A DNA stretch of 64,000 nt from an uncultured Pirellulales bacterium. Its GTDB lineage: Bacteria; Planctomycetota; Phycisphaerae; Sedimentisphaerales; Anaerobacaceae. The stretch is from positions 2,572 through 66,571 of the forward strand of contig CAZBWE010000001.1 in the NCBI GenBank assembly GCA_964495465.1, read 5' to 3'. The notes beneath the pieces were generated by a model. It saw nothing but the letters and a program-made list of their open reading frames with translations, was not told where the DNA came from and made no database searches. Position 1 is the first letter of the stretch, and each line of letters begins with the position of its first letter. The translations under genes were made by a program, and so were the position numbers. Shown piece by piece: positions 1 to 8,802 of the stretch.

Positions 1-1444
1 GTTTCTTAGCAAAATTAACCGCCTGCGGAGAATTATAAGCAATCCCAAGCTTTATGAGCATATCTGCAAAGCCCATCACGCCAAGCCCTATTTTTCTATT
101 GGCCAGCGTAATCCTCTTTATCTGCTCTAAAGGAAATTTATTAACCTCAATCACATCATCAAGGAACCTGATTCCCAGCCGAACTGTATCTCTGAGTTTT
201 AGCCAGTTTACTGAATGATTCTTTACCATTTTAGAAAGATTTATCGAAGCCAAATTACAGCTCTCGTATGGTAACAACGGCAGCTCTCCGCAGGGATTTG
301 TCGCTTCAATCTTTCCTGTTTTTGGCGTAGGATTTCGCCTGTTTATCTCATCGAGAAATACCAGGCCCGGGTCTCCGGTCCGCCAGGCAGCATTTACTAT
401 CAGGTCAAATAAAGCCCTTGCCTTGACCTTTCTGACCACTCTATTAGTCCTTGGATTTATCAAGGCAAAGTCTTTGTTTTCTTTAACTGCCCGCATAAAT
501 CTATCCGTGACACCTACTGACAGGTTAAAATTGCTGAATTTACCAGCTTGCGTCTTCGCCTCGATAAAATCGATTATATCGGGGTGGTCGCATCGCAAGA
601 TACCCATATTCGCCCCCCGTCTTCTGCCACCCTGGACGATAACACCCGTTGCCTGGTCAAATATGCTCATAAACGATACAGGCCCGGACGCCTGACCTTT
701 AGTCGTTCCCACAATATCCGACTTCGGCCTTAGATTGGAAAAGCTAAACCCCGTTCCCCCGCCGGTCTGATGAATTTTGGCCATATCGCCAAGGGCGCCA
801 AATATCCCCTCCATAGAATCCTCCACTGGTAAACAGAAGCACGCCGAAAGCTGACCAAGTAAGGTCCCCGCATTCATCAAAGTCGGCGAGTTCGGCATAA
901 ACTCCAGATTTCGCATCATCTGATAGAACTTCTCTTCAACATTGTCGGTGTTATAACGCGACTTGAAATTATCCTCAGCCCTGGCGATATTGCGTGCAAT
1001 CCTTCTGAAAAGCTCGCTTGGCGTTTCAATGATATTCTGATTATCATCCTTGAGAAGATACCTTCGTTTTAAGACCTCCATCGTATTGACCGGCAGCTTC
1101 AAATCATCGGTCAAACCCATAGCAGACTTGGCAAATCGAATCTGACTTCGCTTTTCTCTATGAAGAATGTAACTCTTGGCTATGTGACTGTAGCCCTCAC
1201 TCATCAAAACAGTTTCAATTGTATCCTGAATTTCCTCAACACAGAGAATGGTTTTTTTATGCCGGACCTGCAATTTTTTTATCACCGCTTCGGTCACCCT
1301 ATTAGAGATGTTCACAGCCTCGTCTCTATCCTGTAAAACCTCAAAGGTTGCCCTTTCAATTGCATACCGAATCTTTGACTTGTCAAACTTTACGAGGGAA
1401 GCATCGCGTTTTCTAACCTGTTTTGGTAAATTTATCCGAGCCAT
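1..1444 (-). CDS. nrdJ: Adenosylcobalamin-dependent (class II) ribonucleotide reductase, N-terminal ~481 aa; the 3' end runs off the left edge of the window
   Basis: My own translation of the minus strand from the ATG at 1444..1442 gives MARINLPKQVRKRDASLVKFDKSKIRYAIERA (ATP-cone). It continues with PNSPTLMNAGT, LSACFCLP, GGGTGFSFSNLRP, SGPVSFM, RRGANMGILRCDHPDI and ATNPCGELPLLPYESCNL. It is absent from the ORF track because there is no stop codon in the window. Confidence 0.85.
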   Translation of the reverse strand, partial: MARINLPKQVRKRDASLVKFDKSKIRYAIERATFEVLQDRDEAVNISNRVTEAVIKKLQVRHKKTILCVEEIQDTIETVLMSEGYSHIAKSYILHREKRSQIRFAKSAMGLTDDLKLPVNTMEVLKRRYLLKDDNQNIIETPSELFRRIARNIARAEDNFKSRYNTDNVEEKFYQMMRNLEFMPNSPTLMNAGTLLGQLSACFCLPVEDSMEGIFGALGDMAKIHQTGGGTGFSFSNLRPKSDIVGTTKGQASGPVSFMSIFDQATGVIVQGGRRRGANMGILRCDHPDIIDFIEAKTQAGKFSNFNLSVGVTDRFMRAVKENKDFALINPRTNRVVRKVKARALFDLIVNAAWRTGDPGLVFLDEINRRNPTPKTGKIEATNPCGELPLLPYESCNLASINLSKMVKNHSVNWLKLRDTVRLGIRFLDDVIEVNKFPLEQIKRITLANRKIGLGVMGFADMLIKLGIAYNSPQAVNFAKK

Positions 1445-1756
1445 ATTTTCACCTCGCAGCTTGCCGCTTAAAGAACCGCAATATTACCGAAAAACTAATG
1501 GTATCAGGCAGAATGATATTATGCAACAAATCTTTCTATTGCTCTACTAATGATAACTTATTAACTCGATACAGGCAACAGAAGCTTTCATTTCCGAGAA
1601 TTATTTAAGACAGGATTTACAGGATAAAAAAAAGATATATAAATCTTGTCAACCCAGCCCTTCTGAAGGGCGGGGTCAATCCTGTTATCTTGTCAAGAAG
1701 CCTTAACCACCTTAAGAATGTTTGAGCAGGAACACTAACATAGGAATTGAACAGGG

Positions 1757-2659
1757 TTATTCCCAAAACTTCTGTAATATTATTCCGCCTACAATGAGAA
1801 CCAGGCCTATTAATGTCGAGGGGAATATTTCTTCAATGCCTGCTAAATAAAGTAACACAAGGGAGAGAAAAGGAACCAGATAGATAAGATTCGCGACATT
1901 TGCAGTTGTTTTCGCAAGTTTCAATGCTTTCAGCCAAACCAAAAAAGTAATCCCCATTTCAAAGAATCCAACGTAAACTGCTCCCATAATGCCATTAAAG
2001 TCAGGGACTCTCACTTTCGCAAAAAGCATCATCACCAGAAACACAAAGAAAACGTAAACAGAGCCGAATGCAAAATTAAGAAATAATCTGACTGCCTCAT
2101 CACGTTTATCCCTGACATTATAAATCCAGAATAATGCCCAGATTACAGTGCTGCCCAACGCCAATAATACTCCGACCGGCCTGCTAAAATTAAATCCTAA
2201 AATGTCACCACGGGCTGCTATGACGAAAGCACCGCAAAAACTAATAGCTATCGCAAGGATGCTCCTTAACCTGATTTTTTGGCCGAGTATAGGTATTGAT
2301 AACAAGACAAGTGTCATTGGCCAAACCCAGTTTATAGTCATTGCCTGCTGGACATAGTCACGGAGTATGAAGTATGAATTCAATAAGACAACGTAATAGA
2401 GGAAGGGATTAAGAAGCCCTAATAGAGCGGAACGCAGATAATCCTCTCTTGATAATGCCTTGAGCAAAATTAGTTTCTTCGCAATAAATAAATAACCCAA
2501 AAGAGCTATAGTGGATACAACTGAGGCATAAAACAGAAGTGACCAGACGTCCAAATAACCCAGGGATATTTTGAAGGCCGAAGCTATAGTTGACCAGAAT
2601 AAAACCGCGATCAAAGCGTAAATATAGGCCTTTTTTTGCTGCTCCATATTAACCGGCAC
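1757..2659 (-). CDS. EamA/DMT-family membrane transporter
   Basis: 300-aa ORF that is almost entirely hydrophobic, with about 10 TM helices in two halves typical of the EamA duplication. The start is either GTG at 2659 or ATG at 2647. Confidence 0.7.
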   Translation of the reverse strand: MPVNMEQQKKAYIYALIAVLFWSTIASAFKISLGYLDVWSLLFYASVVSTIALLGYLFIAKKLILLKALSREDYLRSALLGLLNPFLYYVVLLNSYFILRDYVQQAMTINWVWPMTLVLLSIPILGQKIRLRSILAIAISFCGAFVIAARGDILGFNFSRPVGVLLALGSTVIWALFWIYNVRDKRDEAVRLFLNFAFGSVYVFFVFLVMMLFAKVRVPDFNGIMGAVYVGFFEMGITFLVWLKALKLAKTTANVANLIYLVPFLSLVLLYLAGIEEIFPSTLIGLVLIVGGIILQKFWE

Positions 2660-2779
2660 AAAATCGAATATTAAATTGCCTGAAGTATAATACTGAACAG
2701 CGTTTTGATATGCAATGAATCTTTCGTTTTTGCCGTGGTGGTTCTGCTGGTTGCAAAAAATAACAAGAGTTTACAATTG

Positions 2780-3808
2780 CTATTCGTAGTTCACCAACAC
2801 ACTTTTTGCGACACCCTCGCTTATAACCTTATCCCCAACAAGAGCATTCACAGACTCAACCATAGTTACCATTCCGTGTTTTTTACCCGTTTCGATTATG
2901 CTTCGCAGGAAAAATCCGCCCTTTCTCCTTATAACATTTCTTGCAGCAGCGGTCGTAACCAGCACTTCGCACGCCACTCTCTGCCTTCCATCAATGGTGG
3001 GAAGCAATTCCTGATGAATTACGCCCTGCAGAGATTCGGCTAGGAGAAACCTTAACTGGTTTTCATCGGTAGCAGGAGCGTAGCTTATAAGTCTTTCGAT
3101 AATCTTGTCGATTGATATAACATGCAGGGTGGAAAGAACCAGGACGCCTGTTTCTGCGGCGGTTAAGGCAATCTTAATTGTTTCATAATCTCTCATCTCG
3201 CCTATAGCAATTATATCAGGGTCTTGTCTTAAAGCCGCCCTTAATCCGCTATAAAACGATTGAGTATCCCTTCCAACCTCCCTTTGCCTCACCATTCCGG
3301 TTTTGTTGGTATGCACATATTCGATTGGGTCTTCAATCGTAATAATATGTTTTTCACAGGTTGTATTTACCTCATCCACCATTGCCGTCATCGTGGTAGT
3401 TTTGCCCTGACTGGTGCTTCCTGTAATCAATACCAATCCTTTTGTCCTGTGGGCTAAATCCCTGACAATATCAGGAAGAAACAGCTCCTGGATTGTTTTG
3501 GGTTTTGTCGGAAGGATTCTGAGAGTAGCGCCTACACTACCGTTAAAGTAACCGACGTTTATTCGATACCTGCCGCTTTCATCCGCCAGCATCAAATCAT
3601 AATCAAGGTTTTGCTCAAACCGACTTTTCTGGTCCTCCGTCAGCAGCTCCAGCGATATTTCCCTGCTTTGCTCAGCAGTCAAATTTTCTTTTGTAATTGG
3701 AACTAATTTACCCCCCACCCTGAACAAAATTGGAGCACCCGCGCAAATATGTATATCAGTGGCTTGTTGCGTTTTGGCGTGTTCTAATAATTGTTTTCTG
3801 CTTATCAC
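2780..3808 (-). CDS. pilT: PilT-type (retraction) secretion ATPase
   Basis: 342 aa. Motifs: Walker A variant GSTSQGKTT, Asp box ITIEDPIEYVH, Walker B DPDIIAIGEMRD, His box LSTLHV. N-terminus DIHICAGAPILFRVGGKLVPI. The GTG start overlaps the upstream stop (GTGA). Confidence 0.85.
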   Translation of the reverse strand: MISRKQLLEHAKTQQATDIHICAGAPILFRVGGKLVPITKENLTAEQSREISLELLTEDQKSRFEQNLDYDLMLADESGRYRINVGYFNGSVGATLRILPTKPKTIQELFLPDIVRDLAHRTKGLVLITGSTSQGKTTTMTAMVDEVNTTCEKHIITIEDPIEYVHTNKTGMVRQREVGRDTQSFYSGLRAALRQDPDIIAIGEMRDYETIKIALTAAETGVLVLSTLHVISIDKIIERLISYAPATDENQLRFLLAESLQGVIHQELLPTIDGRQRVACEVLVTTAAARNVIRRKGGFFLRSIIETGKKHGMVTMVESVNALVGDKVISEGVAKSVLVNYE

Positions 3809-4185
3809 AACCCGATTCTTAATTTATTTTTCGAGCTTTTGGTTTGCCTCGCCCTGCTGCACAACGTATTTATCCGAACCTCTTTCTCTTCATTTAAAGG
3901 CGCACTTACAATCACACTCAAAGCTGCCGACCGGACGTCCATATCAGTAATATCCAATTCTACGGCCTTGTCAAGGATTTTACCGCCTTCGTCCCTGATA
4001 TTTCTTTTTGTCCAGGCCAAGCCGCTCACGACCAAGTTGCGCTCAACGGCCTGGAGATAGGCGGTATCCGCCTGGAAGAGCATAGTATTCGAGCCGCCGG
4101 CCAAAACGAACATCTCGAGTCCGACTATAGCAATCGCCAGTATTACAATTACCAGAACAAAACCATTTTGTTTTATTTTTTTCAT
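3805..4185 (-). CDS. Minor pseudopilin-like protein (GspK-like N-terminus without Glu+5)
   Basis: 126 aa. The N-terminal segment KQNG/FVLVIVILAIAIVGL resembles a class III signal but lacks Glu at +5. It is the last of three small genes in the pseudopilin position of the operon. Confidence 0.5.
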   Translation of the reverse strand: MKKIKQNGFVLVIVILAIAIVGLEMFVLAGGSNTMLFQADTAYLQAVERNLVVSGLAWTKRNIRDEGGKILDKAVELDITDMDVRSAALSVIVSAPLNEEKEVRINTLCSRARQTKSSKNKLRIGL

Positions 4186-4187
4186 CT

Positions 4188-4709
4188 TTACTTAAAAGCT
4201 TCTCCCAAAGCACCCACAAAATACAAATGAGAATTTGCCATTTTCTTCTCCCAATGACCCCAAACCTCATGCTCTATATGGGTCCTAACCTGCACAGCAT
4301 AACCTTTGCCGTTTTCTCTCCAGACCTGCCATTGCACCTTAGCGTGCGGCACCGACCAGACTCTGGTATCTTCGCCTTCGCTATCATCCGTAGATATTAT
4401 GTTGCGCCTAAGCACTTTGTCATCCCTTATCTGATAACTAATCACGCCATCTTTCATCTCAATTAAAAGAAGCTCTTCATTTGCAGTACTCTCACCAAAT
4501 GACGCCGGCAGCCCTTTGGCAGCGTCAACATCCTCACGCATCCGCTCCAACATATTAAGCAGGGTCGTATTTGTCTGCATAACACGATATGACCGTGGAA
4601 CATCGGTTATAACTGTGCTAAATAGACCGGCCAAAGCAAACGAAGCAGCCGTAAGAACAACCATCACAGCCAATAACTCTGCCAGCGAAAAACCCCTGCG
4701 CATATTCAT
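4188..4709 (-). CDS. Prepilin-type N-terminal cleavage/methylation domain protein (pseudopilin)
   Basis: 173 aa. MNMRRG/FSLAELLAVMVVLTAA has Gly-1, Phe+1 and Glu+5 followed by a hydrophobic helix. Confidence 0.8.
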   Translation of the reverse strand: MNMRRGFSLAELLAVMVVLTAASFALAGLFSTVITDVPRSYRVMQTNTTLLNMLERMREDVDAAKGLPASFGESTANEELLLIEMKDGVISYQIRDDKVLRRNIISTDDSEGEDTRVWSVPHAKVQWQVWRENGKGYAVQVRTHIEHEVWGHWEKKMANSHLYFVGALGEAFK

Positions 4710-5101
4710 TGCTCCTCACCAGATAAGGATTTATCTTCTAAAATATATCTGCTTAACTTTACCTGCACCTGTCTATTAAAGCTCCTGTCGCGAACTGCGA
4801 CTTCCACTAATTTGAGCCCCTGCCATTGACCGGTTCCGGGTGATTCCTGAATTGAAACAGTCAGTTTAGGCCAAAGCTGTTCAAAGTCTTCGTCATTAAG
4901 TGGCTTTCCTCTCTCAGTTATGCTCTCAAGCTGCGCCTGGGCTGCTGCTATACAACGCTGCCTTACGAGCTGGTAGTCGTTAAACCTCCTGAAACCATCC
5001 AGTGATACTGCAAAGCCGACCAAAAGAACCCCCATAACAGCCAATGCCGCCATCATCTCGGCAAATAAGTAGCCACGATATCTATTGTTCTTATCAAACA
5101 C
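4706..5101 (-). CDS. Prepilin-type pseudopilin
   Basis: 131 aa. NRYRG/YLFAEMMAALAVMGVLLVG has Glu+5. GTG start with GGAG about 8 nt upstream, and a 4-nt overlap with the next gene. Confidence 0.7.
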   Translation of the reverse strand: MFDKNNRYRGYLFAEMMAALAVMGVLLVGFAVSLDGFRRFNDYQLVRQRCIAAAQAQLESITERGKPLNDEDFEQLWPKLTVSIQESPGTGQWQGLKLVEVAVRDRSFNRQVQVKLSRYILEDKSLSGEEQ

Positions 5102-5117
5102 AATTTTGCTCCATTTA

Positions 5118-6587
5118 TTACGGTGTTACAAGCCCTGTCAGAATATAAATAACTTTAATACTCGGGGAAAATATTGCGAAAATTACAAATCCCACCATTG
5201 TCCCCATAATAAGCGTTACACAAGGCCACATTATATATCTGGCAAGATTGATACGGTAACTGTAGTTCGAGCGATAAAATGATTCGAGCATCTCTAATAT
5301 CGTTAAAGTATTGCCCTGGTTTACCTGCTCATCAAACGCCCACGCCAAAGTAGTGCCTATTCCTTCTCCTTTAGCTGAAACCGAAATATTTTCACCGCTT
5401 TGGACCTTATCCAGCCAATTTTTCAGTCTTTTTCTAAAACGATTATTCACATCCAGACCAAGTGTATTAGCGATGGCATCGTTTACTGTGCAGCCGGCGT
5501 TAAGCGACAGCCGCAAAAGCTCAATCACCTGTACCATAGAGTAATTTCTCTCAAACCAGTGCAGAATCGGCAAGTGCCATTTAACAAAATCGCCAAATCG
5601 CGAAAGTAAATATGGCTTATCCGGCCGACGAGGCCTAAACCTGACATAAATCGAAACAGGGATAACTATAGTAACTATAGCTGCGGCTACCAATCCGAAC
5701 AGCCAGCCATATCTAAATGCAATAAAATTCGAAATTTCACATAAAAATTGAGTAGCAGCAGGAAGTCTTGCACCTTCAGTCATTTCTACCATAACATCGC
5801 TGAAAACAGGAACAACCTTCCAAACCAATACGAATACTATAAAGAACATAAAAGTTATTAATAACACCGGATAAAACGGATGAACCGGCCTGATTTTCAT
5901 TCTCTCATCAGCACGAACTGTCATATCTGCTTCAATCGCACCGATTGCCTGCGGAAGCTGGTCAATCCGCTCAGCGGCAGCTATCATTGCCATTGCATAA
6001 CCCGGGCATTTTGGATAGCCCCGCTTGATAGATTCACTTAATGAATATCCCTGAATGAGCCATTTTTTTATTCTCTGCAATATTTTCGAGCGCTTGTCCT
6101 TTCGTCCCCCTGCTGCTGTTTCGAGAGCCATCGGCAAAGGCAGATTCTGCCGCATACTCGAACCTATTGTCGAAATAACGTATGCGGCAACTGCATGGCG
6201 CGATGTCAGACCATAGATTATAATTGCACCTATAAACAAAATAAAAAATCCAAGGCCGATAGCACCTAACGGACCAAACACAATACCCGCGCATACAATT
6301 AGAAGCAGAATAGCGATACCTCTAAGTATCCATTTTGCCCAGAGCCGCGGCCATTCTTCAACATCCGGCTCACGCTTTTGCACTAAAATCATTAACAGAG
6401 TCGTAATGAAGATAACAGGAGCAAATATTCCCCCCCAGAATGTCTCGTCCAAAGCCGCAGCAAAACCCAATAACAAACAAACGATTGGTGACGTAACCAA
6501 AGCAATACCCGGCTTCTTATAACCTAAAACCGCATAAAAAATTAAAATTAAAATCGCTATAATTGTAAACATACTTACACCAATCAT
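5118..6587 (-). CDS. GspF/PilC-family platform protein paralogue with an extra N-terminal multi-TM region
   Basis: Two T2SSF-like repeats are present (ILQRIKKWLIQGYSLSESIK...AMIAAAERIDQLPQAIGAI, and VIELLRLSLNAGCTVNDAIANT...GNTLTILEMLESFY). About 180 aa of extra TM helices precede them. I prefer the ATG at 6587, which overlaps the upstream stop as TGATG, over the ORF-track start at 6719. Confidence 0.7.
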   Translation of the reverse strand: MIGVSMFTIIAILILIFYAVLGYKKPGIALVTSPIVCLLLGFAAALDETFWGGIFAPVIFITTLLMILVQKREPDVEEWPRLWAKWILRGIAILLLIVCAGIVFGPLGAIGLGFFILFIGAIIIYGLTSRHAVAAYVISTIGSSMRQNLPLPMALETAAGGRKDKRSKILQRIKKWLIQGYSLSESIKRGYPKCPGYAMAMIAAAERIDQLPQAIGAIEADMTVRADERMKIRPVHPFYPVLLITFMFFIVFVLVWKVVPVFSDVMVEMTEGARLPAATQFLCEISNFIAFRYGWLFGLVAAAIVTIVIPVSIYVRFRPRRPDKPYLLSRFGDFVKWHLPILHWFERNYSMVQVIELLRLSLNAGCTVNDAIANTLGLDVNNRFRKRLKNWLDKVQSGENISVSAKGEGIGTTLAWAFDEQVNQGNTLTILEMLESFYRSNYSYRINLARYIMWPCVTLIMGTMVGFVIFAIFSPSIKVIYILTGLVTP

Positions 6588-7789
6588 CAGACTCCGCCTA
6601 AAGCCGTAACTACCTGTATCATCGGCAAAAAAATCGAAAGAACCGCCAGGGCTACAAATCCCCCTACCGCGATTATCATAACGGGCAGCAAAACCGCCTG
6701 TAATCTCGCCTGGCCGCATTTTGCCTGCTCAGCATACATCTGTCCGAGACTATAGAGATTGTCCTGTAATTCGTTGCGCTGCGTTCCCAACTGGATGGAA
6801 TACAAAAACAACCGTGGTATCATTCTGCAAAACTGCCCCGCCTCCAAGATATTTGCCCCCTGCTCAATTTGGCCCGCAAGAGCTTCACTTTCCAGGATTA
6901 TTTTGGCACTTCCTGATGCATCTGAAGCTAATCTCAGACAAGCCGGCATATCACAACCAGCCGCGACCATCATCGCCATTGCCTCAGCCATCCTGCCCAG
7001 CACGCTGCTATGATATACCCTCCCTATAATCGGTATTTTCAACAACAATGACTCTTTGAACCTGCGTCCCGCCGGATATCCTGAGAGCATCGATAAGATA
7101 ATAATCAACAATATAACGATAATTACTACTACTATCCAGAAAGGAACTACGTTTCTCGCGATACCGAAGAAGAACAAAGTAAGAGCGGGCATACGTGCAC
7201 CCTCTACCATCTCTGTAAGTATCGGGACAAACTGCGGGATTATAATCAGAAATACCGCTGTTATTACCACAGCAGCCAGAGCCAGAATAACCGCAGGATA
7301 ACACAATGCTTCAAAAATTATCCTCCTGGTTTGATTGGACAGCTCCAGATGCCTGTTCAGACTGGTAAGCATCTCGCTCAATCTCCCTGTTTCCACCCCC
7401 GCCTTTAATATCCGACCATATAAAGGCGGAAAATGCTTTTGTCTCTTTTCAAACGCATCCTCAATACTAACACCGGCCTCAAGCTCTTCAGCGATAGCGT
7501 TGACAAGTTTACGCATAGACTTTGAAGTGACATCGTCTGCAAGCTCTCGCAGGCCTTTCTCCAGAGGAATACCAGCTTTTGTTATTGAAGCCAACTGCTG
7601 ATTAAAAAGCATAAATTCGTTCCTGCCGATGGATGTCTTGGGTCTTGGAGCTTTGGCCTCTTCAATAGAATTTACGGTAAGCTGCATCTGTTTGAGCTGT
7701 TCGCCCACCTCGTCCCGCGAAGCCGCTTCAATAGTGCCTCTCATCAGCCGGCCGGCCGATGTCAGTGCATTATATTCAAACGTCGCCAT
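6587..7789 (-). CDS. gspF: Type II secretion/type IV pilus platform protein (GspF/PilC family)
   Basis: 400 aa with canonical architecture. It starts MATFEYNALTSAGRLMRGTIEA, has two T2SSF repeats (LASITKAGIPLEKGLRELA..., MAMMVAAGCDMPACLRLAS...) and three TM segments. Confidence 0.85.
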   Translation of the reverse strand: MATFEYNALTSAGRLMRGTIEAASRDEVGEQLKQMQLTVNSIEEAKAPRPKTSIGRNEFMLFNQQLASITKAGIPLEKGLRELADDVTSKSMRKLVNAIAEELEAGVSIEDAFEKRQKHFPPLYGRILKAGVETGRLSEMLTSLNRHLELSNQTRRIIFEALCYPAVILALAAVVITAVFLIIIPQFVPILTEMVEGARMPALTLFFFGIARNVVPFWIVVVIIVILLIIILSMLSGYPAGRRFKESLLLKIPIIGRVYHSSVLGRMAEAMAMMVAAGCDMPACLRLASDASGSAKIILESEALAGQIEQGANILEAGQFCRMIPRLFLYSIQLGTQRNELQDNLYSLGQMYAEQAKCGQARLQAVLLPVMIIAVGGFVALAVLSIFLPMIQVVTALGGV

Positions 7790-7823
7790 TTTAAATTTCC
7801 TCGAGCTAAACTTTTAAGTTTTA

Positions 7824-8774
7824 TTATTCCAATTTTAATTCGTATTGTACCGAATCCTCATCAGTTCCTCCTTCCGGAATGGGCCCTTCCAATACTGCCT
7901 GAGTGCCGGCAGTGCTGCGATAAATAAACAGCTTATTTTTTACAGGGTCATCCGGAATGGTTACTTCATTGATTTCTCCGAGATTGTCGGGAAATTTGCC
8001 ATCATGAATAGCTGCGTAGAGACGCAATGCCTCGATGCATTGGAGGACAGCAACGTGACGGTCTAATCTGTTCATTAACAAGCGTATCTTGTTTCTCACT
8101 TCCGGCATTTCCAGTTCTGTCTGTTGGGTCAGGTCGATAAACGGCTTCGGCAAATCCTGCAAGGCCCAATAAAGATTAGGTGCATCTTGCCCTTGAATTA
8201 ACTCCTCCATCTGTTTCAATGTGATTGCAGCCGTTGCTACACCTATCAAGCCCTGGACGAGAGTGGGAGCTTTGTCTAAGTGCTTTGCCATAGCAAAGCC
8301 GGTCTTAATAGTACAAATCGCCTCGTTGTATTTACCCCTAACGATTTGAACCCGGCTCTGCAAAGCAAGGAGGAAAGCCAGCTTTCTATATCCACGAAGC
8401 TCCTCAGTAGTCGTGCCGACTTCCACAGCCGGCCAGTTGCACTGCTTGCATTTGGAAGCCTGTTGGATTAATTGCAGCGTGGGTTTGAGCTGCTGCAGCA
8501 TCGCTTGTGCCTGTTCCTGGGGCAATTTATTCAATGGTTCATGAATCCACTGGTTAATCTGGTCTTCCTGTAAATCTTTGGGCATTGATTGAACCGCTTT
8601 ATTATAAAATGGCACTGCATCCGAATCACTGCATTCACTATCCCTCGGAAGAAACTGATACTTGTCTTTCGGCTCCGGTGCTTTTGCCGGGTGCAGTGTT
8701 AATTCTATCGTGCGAGCGTGCACAGAAACAGCAGCGAGACACAAAACAATAAAGCACCTCAGTTTGCTTCTCAT
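7824..8774 (-). CDS. Secreted protein of unknown function (helical, possibly TPR-like)
   Basis: Signal peptide MRSKLRCFIVLCLAAVSVHA follows the ATG at 8774, with GAGAAAGG upstream. The ORF-track start at 8816 is a GTG that overlaps the ATPase gene. I recognise no motif in the mature part. Confidence 0.5.
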   Translation of the reverse strand: MRSKLRCFIVLCLAAVSVHARTIELTLHPAKAPEPKDKYQFLPRDSECSDSDAVPFYNKAVQSMPKDLQEDQINQWIHEPLNKLPQEQAQAMLQQLKPTLQLIQQASKCKQCNWPAVEVGTTTEELRGYRKLAFLLALQSRVQIVRGKYNEAICTIKTGFAMAKHLDKAPTLVQGLIGVATAAITLKQMEELIQGQDAPNLYWALQDLPKPFIDLTQQTELEMPEVRNKIRLLMNRLDRHVAVLQCIEALRLYAAIHDGKFPDNLGEINEVTIPDDPVKNKLFIYRSTAGTQAVLEGPIPEGGTDEDSVQYELKLE

Positions 8775-8802
8775 AACAAAAGTACCTTTCTCATAAATAC
8801 GA

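Noticed and set aside
1621-1700. NrdR box or B12 riboswitch upstream of nrdJ
   Set aside because: The AAGAT..ATCTT palindrome does not match the acaCwAtATaTwGtgt NrdR consensus at its ends. The two repeat copies are 44 nt apart rather than the ~31-32 nt I recall for tandem NrdR boxes. No B12-box-like GC-rich core is present.
6588-6719. 44-aa N-terminal extension of the second GspF-like ORF (ORF-track start 6719)
   Set aside because: The extension overlaps the upstream gene by 133 nt and is Gly/Arg-rich without hydrophobic character. The ATG at 6587 gives a classic TGATG coupling.
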